Shown: in pieces, positions 49,627-59,219 of the stretch | Numbering within the stretch: position 1 is the first letter of the stretch | Layout: each line of letters starts with the position of its first letter | Origin: Bacteroidota bacterium | GTDB lineage: Bacteria; Bacteroidota; Bacteroidia; Chitinophagales; Chitinophagaceae | Assembly: GCA_018267725.1 (NCBI GenBank) | Contig: JAFDXY010000031.1 | Coordinates: forward strand, 23,778 to 87,777 | Direction of reading: 5' to 3' | DNA length: 64,000 nucleotides | Translations under genes and position numbers: made by a program | Notes under the pieces: model-generated | Told to the model about the DNA's origin: nothing | Database searches by the model: none | Seen by the model: only the letters and a program-made list of their open reading frames with translations

Positions 49627-50724
49627 TTATACATTAAATCTAAAGTGCATAATATCTCCATCTTTCACTATATATTCTTTTCCTTCAATTCTTAAACGGC
49701 CGTTATCTCTTGCTGCTGCTTCGCTTCCGTATTTTACATAATCTTCGTACGATATTACTTCTGCTTTAATAAAACCTTTTTCAAAATCGGTATGAATTAC
49801 GCTTGCAGCTTGTGGTGCTTTCCATCCGTTATGTATTGTCCATGCTCTTACTTCTTGCACACCTGCTGTAAAATAAGTTTCTAATTGTAAAAGTTTGTAT
49901 GTGCTTTTTATCATTCTGTTTAATGCAGGCTGCGTCATTTTATATTCATCCATAAACATTTGTTTATCATCTGCATTTTCTAATTCTGCAATTTGTGCTT
50001 CAATGTTATTACACATTACAATTACTTCTGCACCTTCATCTTTAACTCCATTAATTAAAGCTTCAGAATATTTATTGCCTGTATGCATATTGGCTTCATC
50101 TACATTGGCAACATATAAAACAGATTTATCGGTTAGTAAAAACAAATCGGCAACAGCAATTTTTTCTTCTTTACTTAAACCTAAACTTCTAATATTTTTA
50201 CCTGCTTCTAAATGCAGTTTACAACGGTTTAAAACTTCTAATTCTACTTTTGCTTTAGGGTCTGTTTTTGCCATTTTTTCGGCACGTTGTAGTTTTTTTT
50301 CAACGCTTTCTAAATCTTTTAATTGCAATTCGGTATCAATAATATCTTTATCACCCATTGGGTTAATAGCACCTTCATCACGCAAAACATTTTCATCTTC
50401 AAAACAACGTATTACATGAATTATTGCATCTACTTCTCTAATATTTCCTAAAAATTTATTTCCTAAACCTTCGCCCTTACTTGCACCTTTTACTAAACCT
50501 GCAATATCAACTATTTCTAATTGTGTAGGCACAATTCTGTTGGGTTTAACTAATTCTGCTAATTTGTTTAAACGTTCATCAGGCACATCAACCAAACCTG
50601 TGTTAGGTTCAATAGTACAAAATCTATAATTACTTGCTTGTGCTTTGGCACTATTACTTACTGCATTAAATAAAGTTGATTTACCAACATTAGGTAGCCC
50701 TACAATTCCTGCTTTTAAACTCAT
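49627..50724 (-). CDS. ychF: Redox-regulated ATPase YchF
   Basis: 365 aa with GIVGLPNVGKST, DIAGLVKGAS and a TGS-like C-terminus (GDIMHFRFNV). Confidence 0.96.
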   Translation of the reverse strand: MSLKAGIVGLPNVGKSTLFNAVSNSAKAQASNYRFCTIEPNTGLVDVPDERLNKLAELVKPNRIVPTQLEIVDIAGLVKGASKGEGLGNKFLGNIREVDAIIHVIRCFEDENVLRDEGAINPMGDKDIIDTELQLKDLESVEKKLQRAEKMAKTDPKAKVELEVLNRCKLHLEAGKNIRSLGLSKEEKIAVADLFLLTDKSVLYVANVDEANMHTGNKYSEALINGVKDEGAEVIVMCNNIEAQIAELENADDKQMFMDEYKMTQPALNRMIKSTYKLLQLETYFTAGVQEVRAWTIHNGWKAPQAASVIHTDFEKGFIKAEVISYEDYVKYGSEAAARDNGRLRIEGKEYIVKDGDIMHFRFNV

Positions 50725-50773
50725 AATAATTTTATTTTTTTAATATGTACTTAACAGTTAATCAATAATCATC

Positions 50774-50797
50774 TTCTGTTGCGTCGCACACTTGTAC
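50774..50797 (+). repeat. Copy 3 of the dispersed intergenic motif (TTCTGTTGCGTCGCACACTTGTAC)
   Basis: It lies in the divergent ychF / spmAB-like intergenic region. Confidence 0.9.
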
Positions 50798-50908
50798 ATT
50801 CTGTTCTTTATTAAAAAATTTATTTTGGCTGCAAATGTAATGTTGTAAAAGAAATTAGGTATTAGATTTTGAAATTTGTTAATTTGAAACCCTAAACACC
50901 TATTATTT

Positions 50909-52321
50909 ATGGCTTTAAGCAGAATATGGAGTGCATTTATTTTAATAGCAATTATAGTTGCCACTTGTAAAATTGCTTTTTTTAACGGAGGTAAAGAAAT
51001 ATACAGCCGTATGGTTGTTGGCAAACAAGGCGATACTGCTTATACCAAAACAATAGATAGTGCTGCACTTTCTGCAACCATAATTAATAAAATTTCTCAA
51101 CACAAAGAATATAAAGAAGGCGATATTATTTACACTAAAACAACACAAGGCAAGTATATAAGTTATTATGCTCAGTCTGCCGATGGTGTTATTGCAACTT
51201 GCAAAAGTGCAGTTGAGATTTGTTTAGGTTTAATTGGTATTATGGCTTTGTTTATGGGTTTTATGAGCATTGCCGAAAGAGCAGGGGGCATAAGGTTTTT
51301 ATCAAGAATTGTTGGCCCGTTTTTTTCAAAACTTTTTCCCGAAATCCCTAAAGGCCACCCGGCAATGGGGCACATGATTATGAATTTTTCTGCCAACCTT
51401 TTAAACCTTGATAATGCTGCAACACCTTTTGGTATAAAAGCAATGGAAAGTATGCAAGAATTAAATACCGATAAAACCAAAGCATCTAATGCACAAATTA
51501 TGTTTTTGTGTTTGCATGCATCGGGTTTAACATTAGTACCCGTAACAGTTATTGCAGCAAGAGCATCGGTAAAAGCAGCAAGCCCAACCGATATTTTTAT
51601 TCCTTGCATGATAGCAACTTTTGCAGCAACAATGGCTGCCTTGTTTATTGTTTCTTTCAAACAAAAAATAAAAATTTTTCAACCTATTGTGTTGGCATGG
51701 ATTGGCGGAGCAAGTGCATTAATTGCTTTGCTGGTGGTTTATCTTCATTCACTTTCATCAGATGCAATGAAAACTTTTTCGGGTTTGTTAAGTAATGGTT
51801 TGATATTATGGATTTTTGTAGCTATTATTATTGGTGCTGCTATTTATAAAAAAATTGATGTGTTTGATGCATTTGTTGATGGAGCAAAAGGAGGTTTTGA
51901 AACAAGTATTAAAATTATTCCTTATGTGGTGGGAATATTGGTTGCTATTAGTTTATTAAGAACCAGCGGCAGTTTTGAAGTATTGTTATCTGGTATGAGA
52001 AATTTATTTGGCATAATGGGTTTTGATACAAAGTTTGTTGATGGTTTGCCAACTGCTTTAATGAAACCTTTAAGCGGCAGCGGTGCCAGAGGTATGATGT
52101 TTGATACAATGAAAGCCTATGGCCCCGATTCTTTTGCGGGCAAATTAGCAAGCATATTACAAGGCTCATCTGATACAACTTTTTATGTAGTAGCTGTTTA
52201 TTTTGGTGCTGTTGGTATTAAAAATACAAGATACTCAATTGGTACTATGTTGTTGGCAGATTTGGTTGGTATAATAACTGCCATTTTATTATGTTATTTA
52301 TTTTTTGGAAATGCAGTTTAA
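50909..52321 (+). CDS. Nucleoside-recognition (SpmA/SpmB-like fused) membrane protein
   Basis: 470-aa polytopic membrane protein with LNLDNAATPFG and KPLSGSGARG motifs, typical of Gate-domain proteins. Confidence 0.75.
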   Translation: MALSRIWSAFILIAIIVATCKIAFFNGGKEIYSRMVVGKQGDTAYTKTIDSAALSATIINKISQHKEYKEGDIIYTKTTQGKYISYYAQSADGVIATCKSAVEICLGLIGIMALFMGFMSIAERAGGIRFLSRIVGPFFSKLFPEIPKGHPAMGHMIMNFSANLLNLDNAATPFGIKAMESMQELNTDKTKASNAQIMFLCLHASGLTLVPVTVIAARASVKAASPTDIFIPCMIATFAATMAALFIVSFKQKIKIFQPIVLAWIGGASALIALLVVYLHSLSSDAMKTFSGLLSNGLILWIFVAIIIGAAIYKKIDVFDAFVDGAKGGFETSIKIIPYVVGILVAISLLRTSGSFEVLLSGMRNLFGIMGFDTKFVDGLPTALMKPLSGSGARGMMFDTMKAYGPDSFAGKLASILQGSSDTTFYVVAVYFGAVGIKNTRYSIGTMLLADLVGIITAILLCYLFFGNAV

Positions 52322-52362
52322 CCTAATAGATTAGTGAAAAGATTTTTACAATTTAAAATTTT

Positions 52363-52440
52363 CTACGTCATTTCGAACGTAGTGAGAAATCTCATGAATA
52401 ATTCATAAACAAATTTCTCGTTTCGCTTTGCTCAACATGA
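52363..52440. repeat. Nested inverted-repeat / hairpin cluster
   Basis: Three stems are present: CTACGT/ACGTAG (52363-68 / 52377-82), GAGAAAT/ATTTCTC (52384-90 / 52413-19) and the inner palindrome ATGAAT-A-ATTCAT (52394-52406). Confidence 0.6.
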
Positions 52441-52513
52441 AAAACCAATGAAGAGATTGTTTCAGGCAAAAGTTTTCGCTATGTAATATAGCAATTGAAA
52501 CATTTGCATAGTA

Positions 52514-53215
52514 TTAATATAAATACTGTTTTAATTTCTCTACACCTTCACTTGCAGTAGCTTCAATTTTGATAACACCATTAATATTAGTCGGCGGAAT
52601 TTTTTTATCTATTATAATTTTTTGTGCAAACGGTGGTACATAATGAATTAAACCTGCCGCAGGATATACTAATAAAGATGTGCCTATTACAATAAAAATA
52701 TCTGCGGTTGTTGTAATGGCTGCAGCATTTTCTATTAAGGGTACGGGTTCTTCAAACCAAACAATATGTGGTCTTAATTGTATGCCGTTTTCATCTGTAT
52801 CTCCAACATTAATATCATTTCGTATATTATAAATTTTATTATTGTTATGAATGTTTCTCATTTTAAAAATTTCTCCGTGTAAATGAACAACGTTGGTGCT
52901 TCCTGCACGTTCATGTAAATCATCTATGTTTTGTGTAATGATGGTGATGTTAAAATCTTTTTCAAGTTCAGCTAAACCAAAATGTGCAGCATTGGGTTTT
53001 GCATTGGCAACATCTTTTCTTCGCATATTATAAAAATCCAACACCAATTGCGGATTAGCTGCAAAGCCTTGTGGAGTGGCTACTTCATGCACATTGTAAC
53101 CTTCCCATAAACCATTGGTATCTCTAAAAGTTTTTAATCCACTTTCTGCACTAATGCCAGCACCTGTTAATGCAACTATATGTTTTTTGTTTTCGATTTT
53201 TTCTTTTTTCTCCAT
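52514..53215 (-). CDS. cobB: NAD-dependent protein deacylase (Sir2/CobB family)
   Basis: The ORF-track ORF extends to 53254. I prefer the ATG at 53215 (MEKKEKIENKKHIVALTGAGISAESG). It carries QNIDDLHERAG. The gene overlaps the upstream gene by 40 nt. Confidence 0.88.
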   Translation of the reverse strand: MEKKEKIENKKHIVALTGAGISAESGLKTFRDTNGLWEGYNVHEVATPQGFAANPQLVLDFYNMRRKDVANAKPNAAHFGLAELEKDFNITIITQNIDDLHERAGSTNVVHLHGEIFKMRNIHNNNKIYNIRNDINVGDTDENGIQLRPHIVWFEEPVPLIENAAAITTTADIFIVIGTSLLVYPAAGLIHYVPPFAQKIIIDKKIPPTNINGVIKIEATASEGVEKLKQYLY

Positions 53216-54039
53216 GCCCATAAAACTACAACAATACCAATAATTATAGGCCAAATATTAATGGCGGCAAGTATTAATTGCTCAAATAATTTAATGCTGT
53301 TAATGAATGCATTTTTTACTTTAAAAATAAAACCTCCGTTATAGTTGTTTGATAAGTTGGTGTTGTATTCGTAATAAGTTAAATTAATAGTGCTGTATGC
53401 TGCCGAGTGTGTAAGATAATTTACACGGCTTGCTGCTGCTTCAATATCTTCTTGAATATTGTTTATTTCTTTTTGTATTTCTAAAATATCTTTTATATTT
53501 TTTGCTTGCTTTAATAATTCTAAGTATTGCAATCTCACTTGTTTTTTAGCTTCCATTCTTGCTTTGGTATCTACAACTTCTGCGGTAACATCTTCACTGT
53601 TAATTCTTTTATCAATAATATTTATATCATCTCCATTTATTGAGTTTACTAAATCTTCAAACTTTTCTACCGGAACTTTTATTGTTATTGTGTTCTGAAA
53701 AACGCCATCAGTTTGTGTTTGTTCTTCTTTATCAATATATGCTCCAAAATTTTTTATGTTTGAACGAATACTATTGTTGTATTTACTATAATTTTTTACT
53801 TCTATTCTAATATCGGCAGTTCTAATAATTTTCTTTTCCCAATTGTATTTTTTAGTTGCTTCTTTTTTTTCGTCTGTTGTATTGCCATTGCCCGATGCGT
53901 AGCCTGATGTATCTGCTTTATACTTGTTTGTTTCTTCTTGCTTTGCTGGCTCGGGAGTTTGCATTGCAGCTTCTTTATTGCTGTTATTGCATGAGAATGA
54001 TAGTATAGTAATGATTACTATAAGAAATAGTTGTTTCAT
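53176..54039 (-). CDS. DUF4349-like lipoprotein with a C-terminal TM helix
   Basis: 287 aa with a lipobox (ILSFSC), a coiled-coil centre and a C-terminal IWPIIIGIVVVLWAW helix. Confidence 0.6.
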   Translation of the reverse strand: MKQLFLIVIITILSFSCNNSNKEAAMQTPEPAKQEETNKYKADTSGYASGNGNTTDEKKEATKKYNWEKKIIRTADIRIEVKNYSKYNNSIRSNIKNFGAYIDKEEQTQTDGVFQNTITIKVPVEKFEDLVNSINGDDINIIDKRINSEDVTAEVVDTKARMEAKKQVRLQYLELLKQAKNIKDILEIQKEINNIQEDIEAAASRVNYLTHSAAYSTINLTYYEYNTNLSNNYNGGFIFKVKNAFINSIKLFEQLILAAINIWPIIIGIVVVLWAWRKKKKSKTKNI

Positions 54040-54212
54040 GTTTTTTTGTTTGAATAAGAGATGCCTAACAAAATCTTATTACATAATAAAACTATATTTT
54101 TAATGCAATAGTTGTAGCGTAATAAAAGGAGTTAGGTTACAATATTTCAATACGAAAAAATACAAAATGTAACCTTAAATTTTGTTAATTAAAGCAACGC
54201 TAATAGTGGTTG

Positions 54213-54653
54213 TTACTTAATAAGTTTTTGGTAAAAGTGATAAATATAGCAGCCTGCACAAAACCCGATAAATGATTCTAAAGAAGAAAAAATAATTAAT
54301 ATAATTACCCCAATAAATGAACTGTAATTATAATTTATAACACTGCTTATACTTATAAATAATGTTAATGCAAAACCCATTTGTGCTGCAAATTTTTTAG
54401 GGGCTCTATCAACCGGTTTATTGCCTAATAAAGTTTTAGCAAGAATATAATTAGCTGCATAACTTAACACACTTAGTTTGCCATTAACAAAAGAACGCAG
54501 AAAAAAGTCGGCACACATAAATGCTGCAATTATCCAATAATCTGTAACGATAAAAATAATTGATAACGTAAAAACTAAAAAAGCAATTACTCTTATTTTA
54601 TATTCATTAACTGTAACAAAATCTACAGGGCAAACTATATTATTATTTTTCAT
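54213..54653 (-). CDS. DUF4395-like small membrane protein
   Basis: 146 aa with four hydrophobic segments and an N-terminal CPVDF motif. Confidence 0.55.
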   Translation of the reverse strand: MKNNNIVCPVDFVTVNEYKIRVIAFLVFTLSIIFIVTDYWIIAAFMCADFFLRSFVNGKLSVLSYAANYILAKTLLGNKPVDRAPKKFAAQMGFALTLFISISSVINYNYSSFIGVIILIIFSSLESFIGFCAGCYIYHFYQKLIK

Positions 54654-54665
54654 TATTTGTTTTTA

Positions 54666-55544
54666 TTAATGTTCAAACTTTTTTTCTCCTGCGGTTATTG
54701 CAATTGGTAAAACATTTTGTTTAGGTGGAAGTGGACAAGTTGCGTAAGGCGTAAATGCACAAGGTGGATTAAATGCTTTATTAAAATCTAAAACAACGTT
54801 CCCATCTTTATCAGGCATATTTGCGTAAACAAATCTTCCGGCAGGATATGTTTCGTTACCACTTGTTGCATCTCCAAAAATAATAAATAATTGATTATCT
54901 TCTTCTAAAGCATCTAAACTGTATTGTTTATTATTTAAGGTGAAAATTAATTTACCCGGAGAGTTTTGTGCATTGGTTTGCCCAATAATATTTGTAATAA
55001 AAACAGAAGAATTTTTTTGTGAAGGTTTTTGCAGATATGCTTTTACTTTAAAAGTACTATCAGCAGCATAGTAAGGTATGCCTTTAAAATTTGTTACCAA
55101 GTTGCTGTTTAAATCTCTTAACCTTATTCCAATTTTATCATCACGTTTTATAATAGACCATCTCAAACTTTTGTAAGAGCAAACAATTGGTTTTTCAGAA
55201 TCTGTGGTAAAAACTATTGTATTGTTTTTTTCAATTCCATTTATTAAAACTTTTGTTTTGCTATTTGTATGAAGTGTAACAGTTGTACCTTTTAACTCAA
55301 ACCAACCTGCATTTTCTATAATACTATTTACTGGAAATTTTATTTGAACATTATTGCCAGAACCAAAAGTATTGGTGCCTTGTTGTAACCAATATAACCC
55401 CACTAAATTTAACCAGCCATTTTCTTTTTTTAAACTTTCTACACGTTTAATATGCCATGCATCTATTTCTTGTTGGTAAGTTACTTGTGCATTTGTGGTA
55501 AATGTAAATAGGAATAAAAAACTAATTAATAAAACTTTCAACAT
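54666..55544 (-). CDS. DUF1684 domain-containing protein
   Basis: 292 aa with the C-terminal NPPCAFTPYATCPLPP motif characteristic of DUF1684. Confidence 0.8.
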   Translation of the reverse strand: MLKVLLISFLFLFTFTTNAQVTYQQEIDAWHIKRVESLKKENGWLNLVGLYWLQQGTNTFGSGNNVQIKFPVNSIIENAGWFELKGTTVTLHTNSKTKVLINGIEKNNTIVFTTDSEKPIVCSYKSLRWSIIKRDDKIGIRLRDLNSNLVTNFKGIPYYAADSTFKVKAYLQKPSQKNSSVFITNIIGQTNAQNSPGKLIFTLNNKQYSLDALEEDNQLFIIFGDATSGNETYPAGRFVYANMPDKDGNVVLDFNKAFNPPCAFTPYATCPLPPKQNVLPIAITAGEKKFEH

Positions 55545-55599
55545 AAATATCTGTTATGCTGCAAATATAGTCTACTTAAATTATAGGGTAATAATTTTT

Positions 55600-56013
55600 C
55601 TAAATTTTAGTTTCGGCTAATGTTAAAATAATTTCTAACTCTTCTGACTTTACTGTTTGCACAGATAACCTTCCTAAACGTACTAAATCCATTTGCTGTA
55701 AACGTTTATCGGTTTTTATGGTTGCTAAACTAACGGGCTTTTTTAATTTTTTGTGAGGCTTTAAATCAACCACAACCCATGCATCTTCAGTTGTTGTAGG
55801 ATCTTGATAAAATTCTTTTACAACTTTTGCTATGCCTACAATTTCTAAACCTTCGTTGCTGTGATACCATAAAACATAATCTCCTTTTTTCATGGCTTTT
55901 AAATTATTGCGAGCAGCGTAGTTGCGAACACCATCCCAAAATGTTTGACCATCTTTTTCAAATTGTTGCCAACTGTATTTAAAGGGTTCTGATTTTACTA
56001 ACCAATGATTCAT
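55600..56013 (-). CDS. EVE (PUA-like) domain protein
   Basis: 137 aa with HWLVKSEP...WDGVRNYAARNNLKAMKKGD...YHS. Confidence 0.85.
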   Translation of the reverse strand: MNHWLVKSEPFKYSWQQFEKDGQTFWDGVRNYAARNNLKAMKKGDYVLWYHSNEGLEIVGIAKVVKEFYQDPTTTEDAWVVVDLKPHKKLKKPVSLATIKTDKRLQQMDLVRLGRLSVQTVKSEELEIILTLAETKI

Positions 56014-56115
56014 AAGGTATTATTTTAATATGTTGTATTTTAAATTTTGAATGAAAGACTAATAATCAATTTTAGGATGAAATTGTGCTTATAACTTATA
56101 ATTCATAACTCTCAA

Positions 56116-56832
56116 TTACTCACTTGCCAACACATCTGCTAAATGCAAAACTTTTATTTTATTGTTATGATTTTTTAAACAACCATCAATATGCATAAGG
56201 CAACTCATATCGGTACTTATAATATAATCTGCACCAGTTGCAGTGGCATTAGTAATTTTTTGTTCTCCCATTGCAATACTTATTGGTTCAAATTTTACGG
56301 CAAATGTTCCACCAAAACCACAACAAGTTTCGTTATCATTCATTTCAATTAATTCTAAGCCTTTTACTTTACTTAATAAGCGGCGAGGTTCTTCTTTTAA
56401 TTTACATTCACGCAATGCAGCACAACTATCGTGGTAAGTTGCTTTGCCATTAAAGGTTGCACCCACATCATCAATATTCATTACTTTGGTTAAGAACTCG
56501 CTAAACTCAAATGTTCTTTCACCTAAACTTTTTACATCATTATGTACAGATGAATTATTAAACAAAGTAGGATAGTAGTTGCGTATAAAACCTATACAAC
56601 TTGCACTGGGAGCAACTATATATTCTGCATTAGAAAAATCTTTTAAAAATTTTGAACAAATATCTTTTGCTTCTCCCCAAAAACCTGCGTTAAATGCAGG
56701 TTGCCCGCAACAGGTTTGGTTGGTATTGTAAGAAACCTTGCAACCAACTTTCTCTAATACTTTAACCATATTAAATGCTACTGTTGGATAAAGCTGATCT
56801 ATAAAACAAGGTATAAATATTTGAACATTCAT
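56116..56832 (-). CDS. (Fe-S)-binding CCG-domain protein, LutA/GlcF-like
   Basis: 238 aa with two CCG motifs (TCCGQP, TCCGFGG). Confidence 0.85.
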   Translation of the reverse strand: MNVQIFIPCFIDQLYPTVAFNMVKVLEKVGCKVSYNTNQTCCGQPAFNAGFWGEAKDICSKFLKDFSNAEYIVAPSASCIGFIRNYYPTLFNNSSVHNDVKSLGERTFEFSEFLTKVMNIDDVGATFNGKATYHDSCAALRECKLKEEPRRLLSKVKGLELIEMNDNETCCGFGGTFAVKFEPISIAMGEQKITNATATGADYIISTDMSCLMHIDGCLKNHNNKIKVLHLADVLASE

Positions 56833-56869
56833 ATTGCCTCCCTTAATCCCTTCAAAGAAGGGAAATAAT

Positions 56870-57358
56870 TTATTTTTTAGTGATAAATTTTTTATTGAGA
56901 GCTATCATTTTTAAAGCAGTAACGGCTGCTTCTTCTCCTTTATGTCCGTGCTTTCCGCCAATTCTTTCTTTGGCTTGTTCTTCTGTGTTTACGGTTAGTA
57001 CACCAAATATTACAGGTACTTCTAATGCCAAGTTTAATTGTGATACGCCATTGGTAATACTTTGGCAAACATAATCAAAGTGTGGTGTATCGCCTTTTAT
57101 TACAGTGCCTAAAACAATATAGGCATCGGGCATTGGGTTACTATGTGTATAATGTTGTTTAACTGCAAATGGAATTTCAACGGCACCGGGAACAGTTATA
57201 GTTTTGTGTTGAATATTATTTGCTTTGAAAATTTTTTTGCAGCCTGCTTCTAATTTATTTACAATGGTTGCATTCCATTCTGTTTTTACAATAATTACAA
57301 AGGCATCCTTTAATGCAGGGATGCCTTTGTGTAATGATGTGTTTCCTTTTGTTGCCAT
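56870..57358 (-). CDS. ribH: 6,7-dimethyl-8-ribityllumazine synthase
   Basis: 162 aa with VPGAVEIP, GTVIKGDTPHFDYV and a KGEEAA tail. Confidence 0.95.
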   Translation of the reverse strand: MATKGNTSLHKGIPALKDAFVIIVKTEWNATIVNKLEAGCKKIFKANNIQHKTITVPGAVEIPFAVKQHYTHSNPMPDAYIVLGTVIKGDTPHFDYVCQSITNGVSQLNLALEVPVIFGVLTVNTEEQAKERIGGKHGHKGEEAAVTALKMIALNKKFITKK

Positions 57359-58044
57359 TAGTTTATGCTCAAATCGTTTTTTTCAATACTTAATTGATAA
57401 ATGTATTTATCGCTACGGCCATTATCTACTTTAGGGAATTTTTCTTTAATTGTTTTGTACAACTCTATAGCTTGTTGAGTTTTGCCGTTTACTTTGCTTA
57501 ATGCTGCTGCACGAAATAAATATTCTGCGGCTGCATCATCTTCAAAGTTATTTCCTGCTTTTTTGTAATATTCAATTGCATCATCGTTTTTCTTTAATTC
57601 GCTGTAAGCATCGCCCAATGCACCATAAGCAGAAGTTTGAATTTGTTTAGCATCGGTTGAAAAATCTTTTAATTGATCAACTGCTTTTTGAAATTGCCCT
57701 GTTTGTAAATAACAAACGCCTGCATAATATTTTGAAAGGTTAGCAGCTTTTGTTCCGCTATAATTTTTTTCAATATATAAAAATCCTTTTGTAATACCAT
57801 CGCCATTTAAAGCAAGGTTAAAAGAATCTTTTCTAAAATATTCTTCGGCTTTATAAATAACTTCTTGTGCTTTTTCTTCTTTAGGTTTAACTATTAAATT
57901 GTTGTAACCATACCAACCGCCCACAACAACTACTACAGCAATTAGAGCTATTATAATTGTTTTTTGATTTTTATGCCAAATACCTTGTGCTTGTAACAAC
58001 ACATCTTTTTCAACTACAGGTTCCTCTGTTTTATGTGCACTCAT
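57358..58044 (-). CDS. Membrane-anchored tetratricopeptide-repeat protein (YfgM-like)
   Basis: 228 aa with one TM helix (IIIALIAVVVVVGGWYGY) followed by TPR-like repeats. Confidence 0.7.
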   Translation of the reverse strand: MSAHKTEEPVVEKDVLLQAQGIWHKNQKTIIIALIAVVVVVGGWYGYNNLIVKPKEEKAQEVIYKAEEYFRKDSFNLALNGDGITKGFLYIEKNYSGTKAANLSKYYAGVCYLQTGQFQKAVDQLKDFSTDAKQIQTSAYGALGDAYSELKKNDDAIEYYKKAGNNFEDDAAAEYLFRAAALSKVNGKTQQAIELYKTIKEKFPKVDNGRSDKYIYQLSIEKNDLSIN

Positions 58045-58074
58045 TTTTAAGAATTGTTTTTTTATTTTAAAGAA

Positions 58075-59094
58075 TTAATCAACATCAAATTCAAAATTAT
58101 CTCCTACATATACATCTTTCAATACTTCACTATCATCTGGCCAAGGGCTTTCTTCTGCAAATTTTACACTTTCTTCAACTACTGCATTTATTCTGCTATC
58201 AATAGCATTTAATTCTTCTTGTGTAGCAAAATTATTTTCAAGAATAGTGTGCATTACTTTCACAATAGGATCTTGTTGTTTATACTCATCTACTTCTTCT
58301 TTGGTACGATACTTTTGCGGATCGCTAATAGAATGCCCTTTGTAGCGATAAGTTTTCATTTCTAACAAAGTAGGGCCGCCGCCTTCTCTTGCACGTTTTA
58401 CGGCACGGGCAACTGCTTCGTGTACTGCTTCGGCACTCATTCCATCTACTTTATCGGCAGGCATTTCGTAAGCATCTGCCAATTTATATATATCCTGTAC
58501 GTTTGATGTACGCTCAACCGAAGTACCCATTGCATAATTATTATTTTCACAGATATATATTACTGGCAACTTCCACAACATTGCCAAATTAAAACTTTCG
58601 TGTAAAATACCTTGCCTTGCTGCACCATCGCCAAAATAGCAAAGTACAACATTGCCTGAGTTTTTATATTGCTCTGCAAATGCCAAACCTGTGCCTGTAC
58701 CAATTTGTGCACCCACAATACCGTGGCCACCAAAGAAATAATTTTTAACATCAAAAAAGTGCATACTACCACCTTTGCCTTTTGCACAACCTGTTGCTTT
58801 GCCGTATAATTCTGCCATGCAAGCATTAGGTGTTGTTCCTTTTGCTAAAGCCAAACCATGATCACGATAGGCAGTAATAAACGGATCTTCGTGTTGTGTT
58901 GCAGTCATACAGCCTGCTGCAATAGCTTCCTGACCAATATAGGCATGAAAAAATCCACGAATTTTTCCCGCCATTTTATACATTTCTTCGGCCTTTAGTT
59001 CAAATTGGCAAATAAGTTGCATTAATTCGTACCAATACAAATAAGTTTCTTTAGAAAATTTAGTAGGCACTGTGCTGAAATTTTTGAGGGGCAA
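58075..59094 (-). CDS. pdhA: Pyruvate dehydrogenase (acetyl-transferring) E1 component alpha subunit
   Basis: 339 aa with a thiamine-diphosphate motif region (GDGAARQG...NNNYAMGT). The only in-frame start before the conserved N-terminus is TTG at 59094. Confidence 0.9.
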   Translation of the reverse strand: MPLKNFSTVPTKFSKETYLYWYELMQLICQFELKAEEMYKMAGKIRGFFHAYIGQEAIAAGCMTATQHEDPFITAYRDHGLALAKGTTPNACMAELYGKATGCAKGKGGSMHFFDVKNYFFGGHGIVGAQIGTGTGLAFAEQYKNSGNVVLCYFGDGAARQGILHESFNLAMLWKLPVIYICENNNYAMGTSVERTSNVQDIYKLADAYEMPADKVDGMSAEAVHEAVARAVKRAREGGGPTLLEMKTYRYKGHSISDPQKYRTKEEVDEYKQQDPIVKVMHTILENNFATQEELNAIDSRINAVVEESVKFAEESPWPDDSEVLKDVYVGDNFEFDVD

Positions 59095-59219
59095 ATATAG
59101 TGGAAAGTAGAAAAAGGTAAATAGGAAATTGTGAACAGGAGGTTGAAGCGGGAAAATTGGAAATTTAAGAGATGGAATTGTGATTGATTAATTTAAAATG
59201 AAGTAACCTTTATAAGTAA

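Noticed and set aside
50756-50776. Fur-box-like AT-rich sequence (TTAATCAATAATCATCTTC) next to motif copy 3
   Set aside because: It matches only about 11 of 19 positions of the classical Fur consensus by hand alignment, which is not distinguishable from AT-rich background.
52514-53215. Sir2-domain protein as a defence-associated (Thoeris/DSR-like) effector
   Set aside because: It is a short (233-aa) canonical CobB-type deacylase with GAGISAESG and QNIDDLH motifs and no sensor or partner domains. Its neighbours are DUF4349 and housekeeping genes.
55600-56013. EVE domain protein as part of a modification-dependent restriction system
   Set aside because: It is a stand-alone 137-aa EVE protein with no fused or adjacent nuclease, and the flanking genes are metabolic or DUF genes.
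59092-59099. Exact TAnnTTTG box (TATATTTG, minus strand) at the pdhA start
   Set aside because: It overlaps the only available start codon (TTG at 59094). The residues it would exclude (KETYLYWYEL) look like the conserved E1-alpha N-terminus, so the match is probably coincidental.
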